A stretch of DNA of 59,667 nt from NCBI GenBank assembly GCA_043228905.1, contig JBHGNT010000177.1, forward strand, positions 1 through 59,667, read 5' to 3'. The position numbers and the translations under genes were made by a program. Origin of the DNA: Azolla caroliniana (taxonomy: Eukaryota; Plantae; Polypodiophyta). The notes under the pieces were generated by a model. That model saw nothing but the letters and a program-made list of their open reading frames with translations. It made no database searches and was not told the origin of the DNA. Positions 24,801-39,800 of the stretch are shown here, in pieces (the stretch's first letter is position 1; each line of letters opens with the position of its first letter).

Positions 24801-27800
24801 GACGAAATTACCAAATTTGAGGAGTGAGTTGAGAGAAGCCCTTGAGTAAATTAAAATGTTCATACCTGGCTCGTGTGATATCGGATTTTTGTGTTCAAAC
24901 ATGCGAATCGAAGCTAACAACGCTAGCTATGATATGGAATTAGAAAATCAAGATTTTGAAACTCAGGTCGAGAGACATGACGAAAATACCAAATTTGAGG
25001 AGTGAGTTAAGAAGAGCTATGAGTTAAATTAAAATGTTCATACCTGGCTCGTGTGATATCGGATTTTTGTGTTCAAACATGCGAATCGAAGCTAACAATG
25101 CTAGCTATGATATGGAATTAAATAATCAAGATTTTGAAACTCAGGTCGAGAGACATGACGAAATTACCAAATTTGAGGAGTGAGTTGAGAGAAGCCCTTG
25201 AGTAAATTAAAATGTTCATACCTGGCTCGTGTGATATCGGATTTTTGTGTTCAAACATGCGAATCGAAGCTAACAACACTAGCTATAATATAGAATTAGA
25301 AAATCAAGATTTTGAAACTCAGGTCGAGAGACATGACGAAAATACCAAATTTGAGGAGTGAGTTAAGAAGAGCTATGAGTTAAATTAAAATGTTCATACC
25401 TGGCTCGTGTGATATCGGATTTTTGTGTTCAAACATGCGAATCCAAGCTAACAACGCTAGCTATGATATGGATTTAAAAAATCAAGATTTTGAAACTCAG
25501 GTCGCGAGACATGACGAAATTACCAAATTTGAGGAGTGAGTTGAGAGAAGCCCTTGAGTAAATACTAATGTTCATACCTGGCTCGTGTGATATCGGATTT
25601 TTGTGTTCAAACATGCGAATCGAAGCTAACAATGCTAGCTATGATATGGAGTTAAAAAATCAAGATTTTGAAACTCAGGTCGCGAGACATGACGAAATTA
25701 CCAAATTTGAGGAGTGAGTTGAGAGAAGCCCTTGAGTAAATTAAAATGTTCATACCTAGCTCGTGTGATATCGGATTTTTGTGTTCAAACATGCGAATCG
25801 AAGCTAACAACGCTAGCTATGATATGGAATTAAAAAATCAAGATTTTGAAACTCAGGTCAAGAGACATGATGAGATTACCAAATTTGAGGAGTGAGTTGA
25901 GAGAAGCCCTTGAGTAAATTAAAATGTTCATACCTGGCTCGTGTGATATCGGATTTTTGTGTTCAAACATGCGAATCGAAGCTAACAACGCTAGCTATGA
26001 TATGGAATTAGAAAATCAAGATTTTGAAACTCAGGTCGAGAGACATGACGAAAATACCAAATTTGAGGAGTGAGTTAAGAAGAGCTATGAGTTAAATTAA
26101 AATGTTCATACCTGGCTCGTGTGATATCGGATTTTTGTGTTCAAACATGCGAATCGAAGCTAACAACGCTAGCTATGATATGGAATTAAAAAATCAAGAT
26201 TTTGAAACTCAGGTCGAGAGACATGACGAAATTACCAAATTTGAGGAGTGAGTTAAGAAGAGCTATGAGTTAAATTAAAATGTTCATACCTGGCTCGTGT
26301 GATATCGGATTTTTGTGTTCAAACATGCGAATCGAAGCTACCAATGCTAGCTATAATATGGAGTTAAAAAATCAAGATTTTGAAACTCAGGTCGCGAGAC
26401 ATGACGAAATTACCAAATTTGAGGAGTGAGTTGAGAGAAGCCCTTGAGTAAATTAAAATGTTCATACCTGGCTCGTGTGATATCGGATTTTTGTGTTCAA
26501 ACATGCGAATCGAAGCTAACAACGCTAGCTATGATATGGAATTAGAAAATCAAGATTTTGAAACTCAGGTCGAGAGACATGACGAAAATACCAAATTTGA
26601 GGAGTGAGTTAAGAAGAGCTATGAGTTAAATTAAACTGTTCATACCTGGCTCGTGTGATATCGGATTTTTGTGTTCAAACATGCGAATCGAAGCTAACAA
26701 TGCTAGCTATGATATGGAATTAAATAATCAAGATTTTGAAACTCAGGTCGAGAGACATGACGAAATTACCAAATTTGAGGAGTGAGTTGAGAGAAGCCCT
26801 TGAGTAAATTAAAATGTTCATACCTGGCTCGTGTGATATCGGATTTTTGTGTTCACACATGCGAATCGAAGCTACCAATGCTAGCTATGATATGGAGTTA
26901 AAAAATCAAGATTTTGAAACTCAGGTCGCGAGACATGACGAAATTACCAAATTTGAGGAGTGAGTTGAGAGAAGCCCTTGAGTAAATTAAAATGTTCATA
27001 CCTGGCTCGTGTGATATCGGATTTTTGTGTTCAAACATGCGAATCGAAGCTAACAACACTAGCTATGATATAGAATTAGAAAATCAAGATTTTGAAACTC
27101 AGGTCGAGAGACATGACGAAAATACCAAATTTGAGGAGTGAGTTAAGAAGAGCTATGACTTAAATTAAAATGTTCATACCTGGCTCGTGTGATATCGGAT
27201 TTTTGTGTTCAAACATGCGAATCCAAGCTAACAATGCTAGCTATGATACCGAGTTAAAAAATCAAGATTTTGAAACTCAGGTCGCGAGACATGACGAAAT
27301 TACCAAATTTGAGGAGTGAGTTGAGAGAAGCCCTTGAGTAAATTAAAATGTTCATACCTGGCTCGTGTGATATCGGATTTTTGTGTTCAAACATGCGAAT
27401 CGAAGCTAACAACACTAGCTATGATATAGAATTAAAAAATTAAGATTTTGAAACTCAGGTCGAGAGACATGACGAAAATACCAAATTTGAGGAGTGAGTT
27501 AAGAAGAGCTATGAGTTAAATTAAAATGTTCATACCTGGCTCGTGTGATATCGGATTTTTGTGTTCAAACATGCGAATCGAAGCTAACAATGCTAGCTAT
27601 AATATGGAGTTAAAAAATCAAGATTTTGAAACTCAGGTCGCGAGACATGACGAAATTACCAAATTTGAGGAGTGAGTTGAGAGAAGCCCTTGAGTAAATT
27701 AAAATGTTCATACCTGGCTCGTGTGATATCGGATTTTTGTGTTCAAACATGCGAATCGAAGCTAACAACGCTAGCTATGATATGGAATTAGAAAATCAAG

Positions 27801-30800
27801 ATTTTGAAACTCAGGTCGAGAGACATGACGAAAATACCAAATTTGAGGAGTGAGTTAAGAAGAGCTATGAGTTAAATTAAAATGTTCATACCTGGCTCGT
27901 GTGATATCGGATTTTTGTGTTCAAACATGCGAATCGAAGCTAACAATGCTAGCTATGATATGGAATTAAATAATCAAGATTTTGAAACTCAGGTCGAGAG
28001 ACATGACGAAATTACCAAATTTGAGGAGTGAGTTGAGAGAAGCCCTTGAGTAAATTAAAATGTTCATACCTGGCTCGTGTGATATCGGATTTTTGTGTTC
28101 AAACATGCGAATCGAAGCTAACAACACTAGCTATAATATAGAATTAGAAAATCAAGATTTTGAAACTCAGGTCGAGAGACATGACGAAAATACCAAATTT
28201 GAGGAGTGAGTTAAGAAGAGCTATGAGTTAAATTAAAATGTTCATACCTGGCTCGTGTGATATCGGATTTTTGTGTTCAAACATGCGAATCCAAGCTAAC
28301 AACGCTAGCTATGATATGGATTTAAAAAATCAAGATTTTGAAACTCAGGTCGCGAGACATGACGAAATTACCAAATTTGAGGAGTGAGTTGAGAGAAGCC
28401 CTTGAGTAAATACTAATGTTCATACCTGGCTCGTGTGATATCGGATTTTTGTGTTCAAACATGCGAATCGAAGCTAACAACACTAGCTATAATATAGAAT
28501 TAGAAAATCAAGATTTTGAAACTCAGGTCGAGAGACATGACGAAAATACCAAATTTGAGGAGTGAGTTAAGAAGAGCTATGAGTTAAATTAAAATGTTCA
28601 TACCTGGCTCGTGTGATATCGGATTTTTGTGTTCAAACATGCGAATCGAAGCTAACAACACTAGCTATAATATAGAATTAGAAAATCAAGATTTTGAAAC
28701 TCAGGTCAAGAGACATGACGAAAATACCAAATTTGAGGAGTGAGTTAAGAAGAGCTATGAGTTAAATTAAAATGTTCATACCTGGCTCGTGTGATATCGG
28801 ATTTTTGTGTTCAAACATGCGAATCCAAGCTAACAATGCTAGCTATGATACGGAGTTAAAAAATCAAGATTTTGAAACTCAGGTCGCGAGACATGACGAA
28901 ATTACCAAATTTGAGGAGTGAGTTGAGAGAAGCCCTTGAGTAAATTAAAATGTTCATACCTGGCTCGTGTGATATCGGATTTTTGTGTTCAAACATGCGA
29001 ATCGAAGCTAACAACGCTAGCTATGATATGGAATTAAAAAATCAAGATTTTGAAACTCAGGTCGAGAGACATGATGAGATTACCAAATTTGAGGAGTGAG
29101 TTGAGAGAAGCCCTTGAGTAAATTAAAATGTTCATACCTGGCTCGTGTGATATCGGATTTTTGTGTTCAAACATGCGAATCGAAGCTAACAACACTAGCT
29201 ATAATATAGAATTAGAAAATCAAGATTTTGAAACTCAGGTCAAGAGACATGACGAAAATACCAAATTTGAGGAGTGAGTTAAGAAGAGCTATGAGTTAAA
29301 TTAAAATGTTCATACCTGGCTCGTGTGATATCGGATTTTTGTGTTCAAACATGCGAATCCAAGCTAACAATGCTAGCTATGATATGGAGTTAAAAAATCA
29401 AGATTTTGAAACTCAGGTCGCGAGACATGACGAAATTACCAAATTTGAGGAGTGAGTTGAGAGAAGCCCTTGAGTAAATTAAAATGTTCATACCTGGCTC
29501 GTGTGATATCGGATTTTTGTGTTCAAACATGCGAATCGAAGCTAACAACACTAGCTATAATATAGAATTAGAAAATCAAGATTTTGAAACTCAGGTCGAG
29601 AGACATGACGAAAATACCAAATTTGAGGAGTGAGTTAAGAAGAGCTATGAGTTAAATTAAAATGTTCATACCTGGCTCGTGTGATATCGGATTTTTGTGT
29701 TCAAACATGCGAATCGAAGCTAACAATGCTAGCTATAATATGGAGTTAAAAAATCAAGATTTTGAAACTCAGGTCGCGAGACATGACGAAATTACCAAAT
29801 TTGAGGAGTGAGTTGAGAGAAGCCCTTGAGTAAATTAAAATGTTCATACCTGGCTCGTGTGATATCGGATTTTTGTGTTCAAACATGCGAATCGAAGCTA
29901 ACAACGCTAGCTATGATATGGAATTAGAAAATCAAGATTTTGAAACTCAGGTCGAGAGACATGACGAAAATACCAAATTTGAGGAGTGAGTTAAGAAGAG
30001 CTATGAGTTAAATTAAAATGTTCATACCTGGCTCGTGTGATATCGGATTTTTGTGTTCAAACATGCGAATCGAAGCTAACAATGCTAGCTATGATATGGA
30101 ATTAAATAATCAAGATTTTGAAACTCAGGTCGAGAGACATGACGAAATTACCAAATTTGAGGAGTGAGTTGAGAGAAGCCCTTGAGTAAATTAAAATGTT
30201 CATACCTGGCTCGTGTGATATCGGATTTTTGTGTTCAAACATGCGAATCGAAGCTAACAACACTAGCTATAATATAGAATTAGAAAATCAAGATTTTGAA
30301 ACTCAGGTCGAGAGACATGACGAAAATACCAAATTTGAGGAGTGAGTTAAGAAGAGCTATGAGTTAAATTAAAATGTTCATACCTGGCTCGTGTGATATC
30401 GGATTTTTGTGTTCAAACATGCGAATCCAAGCTAACAACGCTAGCTATGATATGGATTTAAAAAATCAAGATTTTGAAACTCAGGTCGCGAGACATGACG
30501 AAATTACCAAATTTGAGGAGTGAGTTGAGAGAAGCCCTTGAGTAAATACTAATGTTCATACCTGGCTCGTGTGATATCGGATTTTTGTGTTCAAACATGC
30601 GAATCGAAGCTAACAATGCTAGCTATGATATGGAGTTAAAAAATCAAGATTTTGAAACTCAGGTCGCGAGACATGACGAAATTACCAAATTTGAGGAGTG
30701 AGTTGAGAGAAGCCCTTGAGTAAATTAAAATGTTCATACCTAGCTCGTGTGATATCGGATTTTTGTGTTCAAACATGCGAATCGAAGCTAACAACGCTAG

Positions 30801-33800
30801 CTATGATATGGAATTAAAAAATCAAGATTTTGAAACTCAGGTCAAGAGACATGATGAGATTACCAAATTTGAGGAGTGAGTTGAGAGAAGCCCTTGAGTA
30901 AATTAAAATGTTCATACCTGGCTCGTGTGATATCGGATTTTTGTGTTCAAACATGCGAATCGAAGCCAACAATGCTAGCTATGACATGGAATTAAAAAAT
31001 CAAGATTTTGAAACTCAGGTCGCGAGACATGACGAAATTACCAAATTTGAGGAGTGAGTTGAGAGAAGCCCTTGAGTAAATTAAAATGTTCATACCTGGC
31101 TCGTGTGATATCGGATTTTTGTGTTCAAACATGCGAATCGAAGCTAACAACGCTAGCTATGATATGGAATTAAAAAATCAAGATTTTGAAACTCAGGTCG
31201 AGAGACATGACGAAATTACCAAATTTGAGGAGTGAGTTAAGAAGAGCTATGAGTTAAATTAAAATGTTCATACCTGGCTCGTGTGATATCGGATTTTTGT
31301 GTTCAAACATGCGAATCGAAGCTAACAACGCTAGCTATGATATGGAATTAAAAAATCAAGATTTTGAAACTCAGGTCGAGAGACATGACGAAATTACCAA
31401 ATTTGAGGAGTGAGTTAAGAAGAGCTATGAGTTAAATTAAAATGTTCATACCTGGCTCGTGTGATATCGGATTTTTGTGTTCAAACATGCGAATCGAAGC
31501 TACCAATGCTAGCTATAATATGGAGTTAAAAAATCAAGATTTTGAAACTCAGGTCGCGAGACATGACGAAATTACCAAATTTGAGGAGTGAGTTGAGAGA
31601 AGCCCTTGAGTAAATTAAAATGTTCATACCTGGCTCGTGTGATATCGGATTTTTGTGTTCAAACATGCGAATCGAAGCTAACAACGCTAGCTATGATATG
31701 GAATTAGAAAATCAAGATTTTGAAACTCAGGTCGAGAGACATGACGAAAATACCAAATTTGAGGAGTGAGTTAAGAAGAGCTATGAGTTAAATTAAACTG
31801 TTCATACCTGGCTCGTGTGATATCGGATTTTTGTGTTCAAACATGCGAATCGAAGCTAACAATGCTAGCTATGATATGGAATTAAATAATCAAGATTTTG
31901 AAACTCAGGTCGAGAGACATGACGAAATTACCAAATTTGAGGAGTGAGTTGAGAGAAGCCCTTGAGTAAATTAAAATGTTCATACCTGGCTCGTGTGATA
32001 TCGGATTTTTGTGTTCACACATGCGAATCGAAGCTACCAATGCTAGCTATGATATGGAGTTAAAAAATCAAGATTTTGAAACTCAGGTCGCGAGACATGA
32101 CGAAATTACCAAATTTGAGGAGTGAGTTGAGAGAAGCCCTTGAGTAAATTAAAATGTTCATACCTGGCTCGTGTGATATCGGATTTTTGTGTTCAAACAT
32201 GCGAATCGAAGCTAACAACACTAGCTATGATATAGAATTAGAAAATCAAGATTTTGAAACTCAGGTCGAGAGACATGACGAAAATACCAAATTTGAGGAG
32301 TGAGTTAAGAAGAGCTATGACTTAAATTAAAATGTTCATACCTGGCTCGTGTGATATCGGATTTTTGTGTTCAAACATGCGAATCCAAGCTAACAATGCT
32401 AGCTATGATACCGAGTTAAAAAATCAAGATTTTGAAACTCAGGTCGCGAGACATGACGAAATTACCAAATTTGAGGAGTGAGTTGAGAGAAGCCCTTGAG
32501 TAAATTAAAATGTTCATACCTGGCTCGTGTGATATCGGATTTTTGTGTTCAAACATGCGAATCGAAGCTAACAACACTAGCTATGATATAGAATTAAAAA
32601 ATTAAGATTTTGAAACTCAGGTCGAGAGACATGACGAAAATACCAAATTTGAGGAGTGAGTTAAGAAGAGCTATGAGTTAAATTAAAATGTTCATACCTG
32701 GCTCGTGTGATATCGGATTTTTGTGTTCAAACATGCGAATCGAAGCTAACAATGCTAGCTATAATATGGAGTTAAAAAATCAAGATTTTGAAACTCAGGT
32801 CGCGAGACATGACGAAATTACCAAATTTGAGGAGTGAGTTGAGAGAAGCCCTTGAGTAAATTAAAATGTTCATACCTGGCTCGTGTGATATCGGATTTTT
32901 GTGTTCAAACATGCGAATCGAAGCTAACAACGCTAGCTATGATATGGAATTAGAAAATCAAGATTTTGAAACTCAGGTCGAGAGACATGACGAAAATACC
33001 AAATTTGAGGAGTGAGTTAAGAAGAGCTATGAGTTAAATTAAAATGTTCATACCTGGCTCGTGTGATATCGGATTTTTGTGTTCAAACATGCGAATCGAA
33101 GCTAACAATGCTAGCTATGATATGGAATTAAATAATCAAGATTTTGAAACTCAGGTCGAGAGACATGACGAAATTACCAAATTTGAGGAGTGAGTTGAGA
33201 GAAGCCCTTGAGTAAATTAAAATGTTCATACCTGGCTCGTGTGATATCGGATTTTTGTGTTCAAACATGCGAATCGAAGCTAACAACACTAGCTATAATA
33301 TAGAATTAGAAAATCAAGATTTTGAAACTCAGGTCGAGAGACATGACGAAAATACCAAATTTGAGGAGTGAGTTAAGAAGAGCTATGAGTTAAATTAAAA
33401 TGTTCATACCTGGCTCGTGTGATATCGGATTTTTGTGTTCAAACATGCGAATCCAAGCTAACAACGCTAGCTATGATATGGATTTAAAAAATCAAGATTT
33501 TGAAACTCAGGTCGCGAGACATGACGAAATTACCAAATTTGAGGAGTGAGTTGAGAGAAGCCCTTGAGTAAATACTAATGTTCATACCTGGCTCGTGTGA
33601 TATCGGATTTTTGTGTTCAAACATGCGAATCGAAGCTAACAACACTAGCTATAATATAGAATTAGAAAATCAAGATTTTGAAACTCAGGTCGAGAGACAT
33701 GACGAAAATACCAAATTTGAGGAGTGAGTTAAGAAGAGCTATGAGTTAAATTAAAATGTTCATACCTGGCTCGTGTGATATCGGATTTTTGTGTTCAAAC

Positions 33801-36800
33801 ATGCGAATCGAAGCTAACAACACTAGCTATAATATAGAATTAGAAAATCAAGATTTTGAAACTCAGGTCAAGAGACATGACGAAAATACCAAATTTGAGG
33901 AGTGAGTTAAGAAGAGCTATGAGTTAAATTAAAATGTTCATACCTGGCTCGTGTGATATCGGATTTTTGTGTTCAAACATGCGAATCCAAGCTAACAATG
34001 CTAGCTATGATACGGAGTTAAAAAATCAAGATTTTGAAACTCAGGTCGCGAGACATGACGAAATTACCAAATTTGAGGAGTGAGTTGAGAGAAGCCCTTG
34101 AGTAAATTAAAATGTTCATACCTGGCTCGTGTGATATCGGATTTTTGTGTTCAAACATGCGAATCGAAGCTAACAACGCTAGCTATGATATGGAATTAAA
34201 AAATCAAGATTTTGAAACTCAGGTCGAGAGACATGATGAGATTACCAAATTTGAGGAGTGAGTTGAGAGAAGCCCTTGAGTAAATTAAAATGTTCATACC
34301 TGGCTCGTGTGATATCGGATTTTTGTGTTCAAACATGCGAATCGAAGCTAACAACACTAGCTATAATATAGAATTAGAAAATCAAGATTTTGAAACTCAG
34401 GTCAAGAGACATGACGAAAATACCAAATTTGAGGAGTGAGTTAAGAAGAGCTATGAGTTAAATTAAAATGTTCATACCTGGCTCGTGTGATATCGGATTT
34501 TTGTGTTCAAACATGCGAATCCAAGCTAACAATGCTAGCTATGATATGGAGTTAAAAAATCAAGATTTTGAAACTCAGGTCGCGAGACATGACGAAATTA
34601 CCAAATTTGAGGAGTGAGTTGAGAGAAGCCCTTGAGTAAATTAAAATGTTCATACCTGGCTCGTGTGATATCGGATTTTTGTGTTCACACCTGCGAATCG
34701 AAGCTAACAATGCTAGCTATGATATAGAATTAGAAAATCAAGATTTTGAAACTCAGGTCGAGAGACATGATGAGATTACCAAATTTGAGGAGTGAGTTGA
34801 GAGAAGCCCTTGAGTAAATTAAAATGTTCATACCTGGCTCGTGTGATATCGGATTTTTGTGTTCAAACATGCGAATCGAAGCCAACAATGCTAGCTATGA
34901 TATGGAATTAAAAAATCAAGATTTTGAAACTCAGGTCGAGAGACATGACGAAATTACCAAATTTGAGGAGTGAGTTGAGAGAAGCCCTTGAGTAAATTAA
35001 AATGTTCATACCTGGCTCGTGTGATATCGGATTTTTGTGTTCAAACATGCGAATCGAAGCTAACAACACTAGCTATAATATAGAATTAGAAAATCAAGAT
35101 TTTGAAACTCAGGTCGAGAGACATGACGAAAATACCAAATTTGAGGAGTGAGTTAAGAAGAGCTATGAGTTAAATTAAAATGTTCATACCTGGCTCGTGT
35201 GATATCGGATTTTTGTGTTCAAACATGCGAATCGAAGCTAACAATGCTAGCTATGATATGGAATTAAATAATCAAGATTTTGAAACTCAGGTCGAGAGAC
35301 ATGACGAAATTACCAAATTTGAGGAGTGAGTTGAGAGAAGCCCTTGAGTAAATTAAAATGTTCATACCTGGCTCGTGTGATATCGGATTTTTGTGTTCAA
35401 ACATGCGAATCGAAGCTAACAACGCTAGCTATGATATGGAATTAAAAAATTAAGATTTTGAAACTCAGGTCGAGAGACATGACGAAATTACCAAATTTGA
35501 GGAGTGAGTTAAGAAGAGCTATGAGTTAAATTAAAATGTTCATACCTGGCTCGTGTGATATCGGATTTTTGTGTTCAAACATGCGAATCGAAGCTAACAA
35601 CGCTAGCTATGATATGGAATTAAATAATCAAGATTTTGAAACTCAGGTCGAGAGACATGACGAAATTACCAAATTTGAGGAGTGAGTTGAGAGAAGCCCT
35701 TGAGTAAATTAAAATGTTCATACCTGGCTCGTGTGATATCGGATTTTTGTGTTCAAACATGCGAATCGAAGCTAACAACACTAGCTATAATATAGAATTA
35801 GAAAATCAAGATTTTGAAACTCAGGTCGAGAGACATGACGAAAATACCAAATTTGAGGAGTGAGTTAAGAAGAGCTATGAGTTAAATTAAAATGTTCATA
35901 CCTGGCTCGTGTGATATCGGATTTTTGTGTTCAAACATGCGAATCGAAGCTAACAATGCTAGCTATGATATGGAGTTAAAAAATCAAGATTTTGAAACTC
36001 AGGTCGCGAGACATGACGAAATTACCAAATTTTAGGAGTGAGTTGAGAGAAGCCCTTGAGTAAATTAAAATGTTCATACCTGGCTCGTGTGATATCGGAT
36101 TTTTGTGTTCAAACATGCGAATCGAAGCTAACAACGCTAGCTATGATATGGAATTAAAAAATCAAGATTTTGAAACTCAGGTCAAGAGACATGATGAGAT
36201 TACCAAATTTGAGGAGTGAGTTGAGAGAAGCCCTTGAGTAAATTAAAATGTTCATACCTGGCTCGTGTGATATCGGATTTTTGTGTTCAAACATGCGAAT
36301 CGAAGCCAACAATGCTAGCTATGATATGGAATTAAAAAATCAAGATTTTGAAACTCAGGTCGCGAGACATGACGAAAATACCAAATTTGAGGAGTGAGTT
36401 GAGAGAAGCCCTTGAGTAAATTAAAATGTTCATACCTGGCTCGTGTGATATCGGATTTTTGTGTTCAAACATGCGAATCGAAGCTAACAACACTAGCTAT
36501 AATATAGAATTAGAAAATCAAGATTTTGAAACTCAGGTCGAGAGACATGACGAAAATACCAAATTTGAGGAGTGAGTTAAGAAGAGCTATGAGTTAAATT
36601 AAAATGTTCATACCTGGCTCGTGTGATATCGGATTTTTGTGTTCAAACATGCGAATCGAAGCTAACAACACTAGCTATAATATAGAATTAGAAAATCAAG
36701 ATTTTGAAACTCAGGTCAAGAGACATGACGAAAATACCAAATTTGAGGAGTGAGTTAAGAAGAGCTATGAGTTAAATTAAAATGTTCATACCTGGCTCGT

Positions 36801-39800
36801 GTGATATCGGATTTTTGTGTTCAAACATGCGAATCCAAGCTAACAATGCTAGCTATGATACGGAGTTAAAAAATCAAGATTTTGAAACTCAGGTCGCGAG
36901 ACATGACGAAATTACCAAATTTGAGGAGTGAGTTGAGAGAAGCCCTTGAGTAAATTAAAATGTTCATACCTGGCTCGTGTGATATCGGATTTTTGTGTTC
37001 AAACATGCGAATCGAAGCTAACAACGCTAGCTATGATATGGAATTAAAAAATCAAGATTTTGAAACTCAGGTCGAGAGACATGATGAGATTACCAAATTT
37101 GAGGAGTGAGTTGAGAGAAGCCCTTGAGTAAATTAAAATGTTCATACCTGGCTCGTGTGATATCGGATTTTTGTGTTCAAACATGCGAATCGAAGCTAAC
37201 AACACTAGCTATAATATAGAATTAGAAAATCAAGATTTTGAAACTCAGGTCAAGAGACATGACGAAAATACCAAATTTGAGGAGTGAGTTAAGAAGAGCT
37301 ATGAGTTAAATTAAAATGTTCATACCTGGCTCGTGTGATATCGGATTTTTGTGTTCAAACATGCGAATCCAAGCTAACAATGCTAGCTATGATATGGAGT
37401 TAAAAAATCAAGATTTTGAAACTCAGGTCGCGAGACATGACGAAATTACCAAATTTGAGGAGTGAGTTGAGAGAAGCCCTTGAGTAAATTAAAATGTTCA
37501 TACCTGGCTCGTGTGATATCGGATTTTTGTGTTCAAACATGCGAATCGAAGCTAACAACGCTAGCTATGATATGGAATTAAAAAATTAAGATTTTGAAAC
37601 TCAGGTCGAGAGACATGACGAAATTACCAAATTTGAGGAGTGAGTTAAGAAGAGCTATGAGTTAAATTAAAATGTTCATACCTGGCTCGTGTGATATCGG
37701 ATTTTTGTGTTCAAACATGCGAATCGAAGCTAACAACGCTAGCTATGATATGGAATTAAAAAATCAAGATTTTGAAACTCAGGTCGAGAGACATGACGAA
37801 ATTACCAAATTTGAGGAGTGAGTTGAGAGAAGCCCTTGAGTAAATTAAAATGTTCATACCTGGCTCGTGTGATATCGGATTTTTGTGTTCACACATGCGA
37901 ATCGAAGCTACCAATGCTAGCTATGATATGGAGTTAGAAAATCAAGATTTTGAAACTCAGCTCGAGAGACATGACGAAAATACCAAATTTGAGGAGTGAG
38001 TTGAGAGAAGCCCTTGAGTAAATTAAAATGTTCATACCTGGCTCGTGTGATATCGGATTTTTGTGTTCACACCTGCGAATCGAAGCTAACAATGCTAGCT
38101 ATGATATAGAATTAGAAAATCAAGATTTTGAAACTCAGGTCGAGAGACATGATGAGATTACCAAATTTGAGGAGTGAGTTGAGAGAAGCCCTTGAGTAAA
38201 TTAAAATGTTCATACCTGGCTCGTGTGATATCGGATTTTTGTGTTCAAACATGCGAATCGAAGCTAACAACGCTAGCTATGATATGGATTTAAAAAATCA
38301 AGATTTTGAAACCCAGGTCGCGAGACATGACGAAATTACCAAATTTGAGGAGTGAGTTGAGAGAAGCCCTTGAGTAAATTAAAATGTTCATACCTGGCTC
38401 GTGTGATATCGGATTTTTGTGTTCAAACATGCGAATCGAAGCTAACAACGCTAGCTATGATATGGAATTAAAAAATCAAGATTTTGAAACTCAGGTCGAG
38501 AGACATGACGAAATTACCAAATTTGAGGAGTGAGTTAAGAAGAGCTATGAGTTAAATTAAAATGTTCATACCTGGCTCGTGTGATATCGGATTTTTGTGT
38601 TCAAACATGCGAATCCAAGCTAACAATGCTAGCTATAATATGGAGTTAAAAAATCAAGATTTTGAAACTCAGGTCGCGAGACATGACGAAATTACCAAAT
38701 TTGAGGAGTGAGTTGAGAGAAGCCCTTGAGTAAATTAAAATGTTCATACCTGGCTCGTGTGATATCGGATTTTTGTGTTCAAACATGCGAATCGAAGCTA
38801 ACAACGCTAGCTATGATATGGAATTAGAAAATCAAGATTTTGAAACTCAGGTCGAGAGACATGACGAAATTACCAAATTTGAGGAGTGAGTTAAGAAGAG
38901 CTATGAGTTAAATTAAAATGTTCATACCTGGCTCGTGTGATATCGGATTTTTGTGTTCAAACATGCGAATCGAAGCTAACAACACTAGCTATGATATAGA
39001 ATTAGAAAATCAAGATTTTGAAACTCAGCTCGAGAGACATGACGAAATTACCAAATTTGAGGAGTGAGTTGAGAGAAGCCCTTGAGTAAATTAAAATGTT
39101 CATACCTGGCTCGTGTGATATCGGATTTTTGTGTTCAAACATGCGAATCGAAGCTAACAACGCTAGCTATGATATGGATTTAAAAAATCAAGATTTTGAA
39201 ACTCAGGTCGCGAGACATGACGAAATTACCAAATTTGAGGAGTGAGTTGAGAGAAGCCCTTGAGTAAATTAAAATGTTCATACCTGGCTCGTGTGATATC
39301 GGATTTTTGTGTTCAAACATGCGAATCCAAGCTAACAATGCTAGCTATGATATGGAGTTAAAAAATCAAGATTTTGAAACTCAGGTCGCGAGACATGACG
39401 AAATTACCAAATTTTAGGAGTGAGTTGAGAGAAGCCCTTGAGTAAATTAAAATGTTCATACCTGGCTCGTGTGATATCGGATTTTTGTGTTCAAACATGC
39501 GAATCGAAGCTAACAACGCTAGCTATGATATGGAATTAAAAAATCAAGATTTTGAAACTCAGGTCAAGAGACATGATGAGATTACCAAATTTGAGGAGTG
39601 AGTTGAGAGAAGCCCTTGAGTAAATTAAAATGTTCATACCTGGCTCGTGTGATATCGGATTTTTGTGTTCAAACATGCGAATCGAAGCCAACAATGCTAG
39701 CTATGATATGGAATTAAAAAATCAAGATTTTGAAACTCAGGTCGCGAGACATGACGAAAATACCAAATTTGAGGAGTGAGTTGAGAGAAGCCCTTGAGTA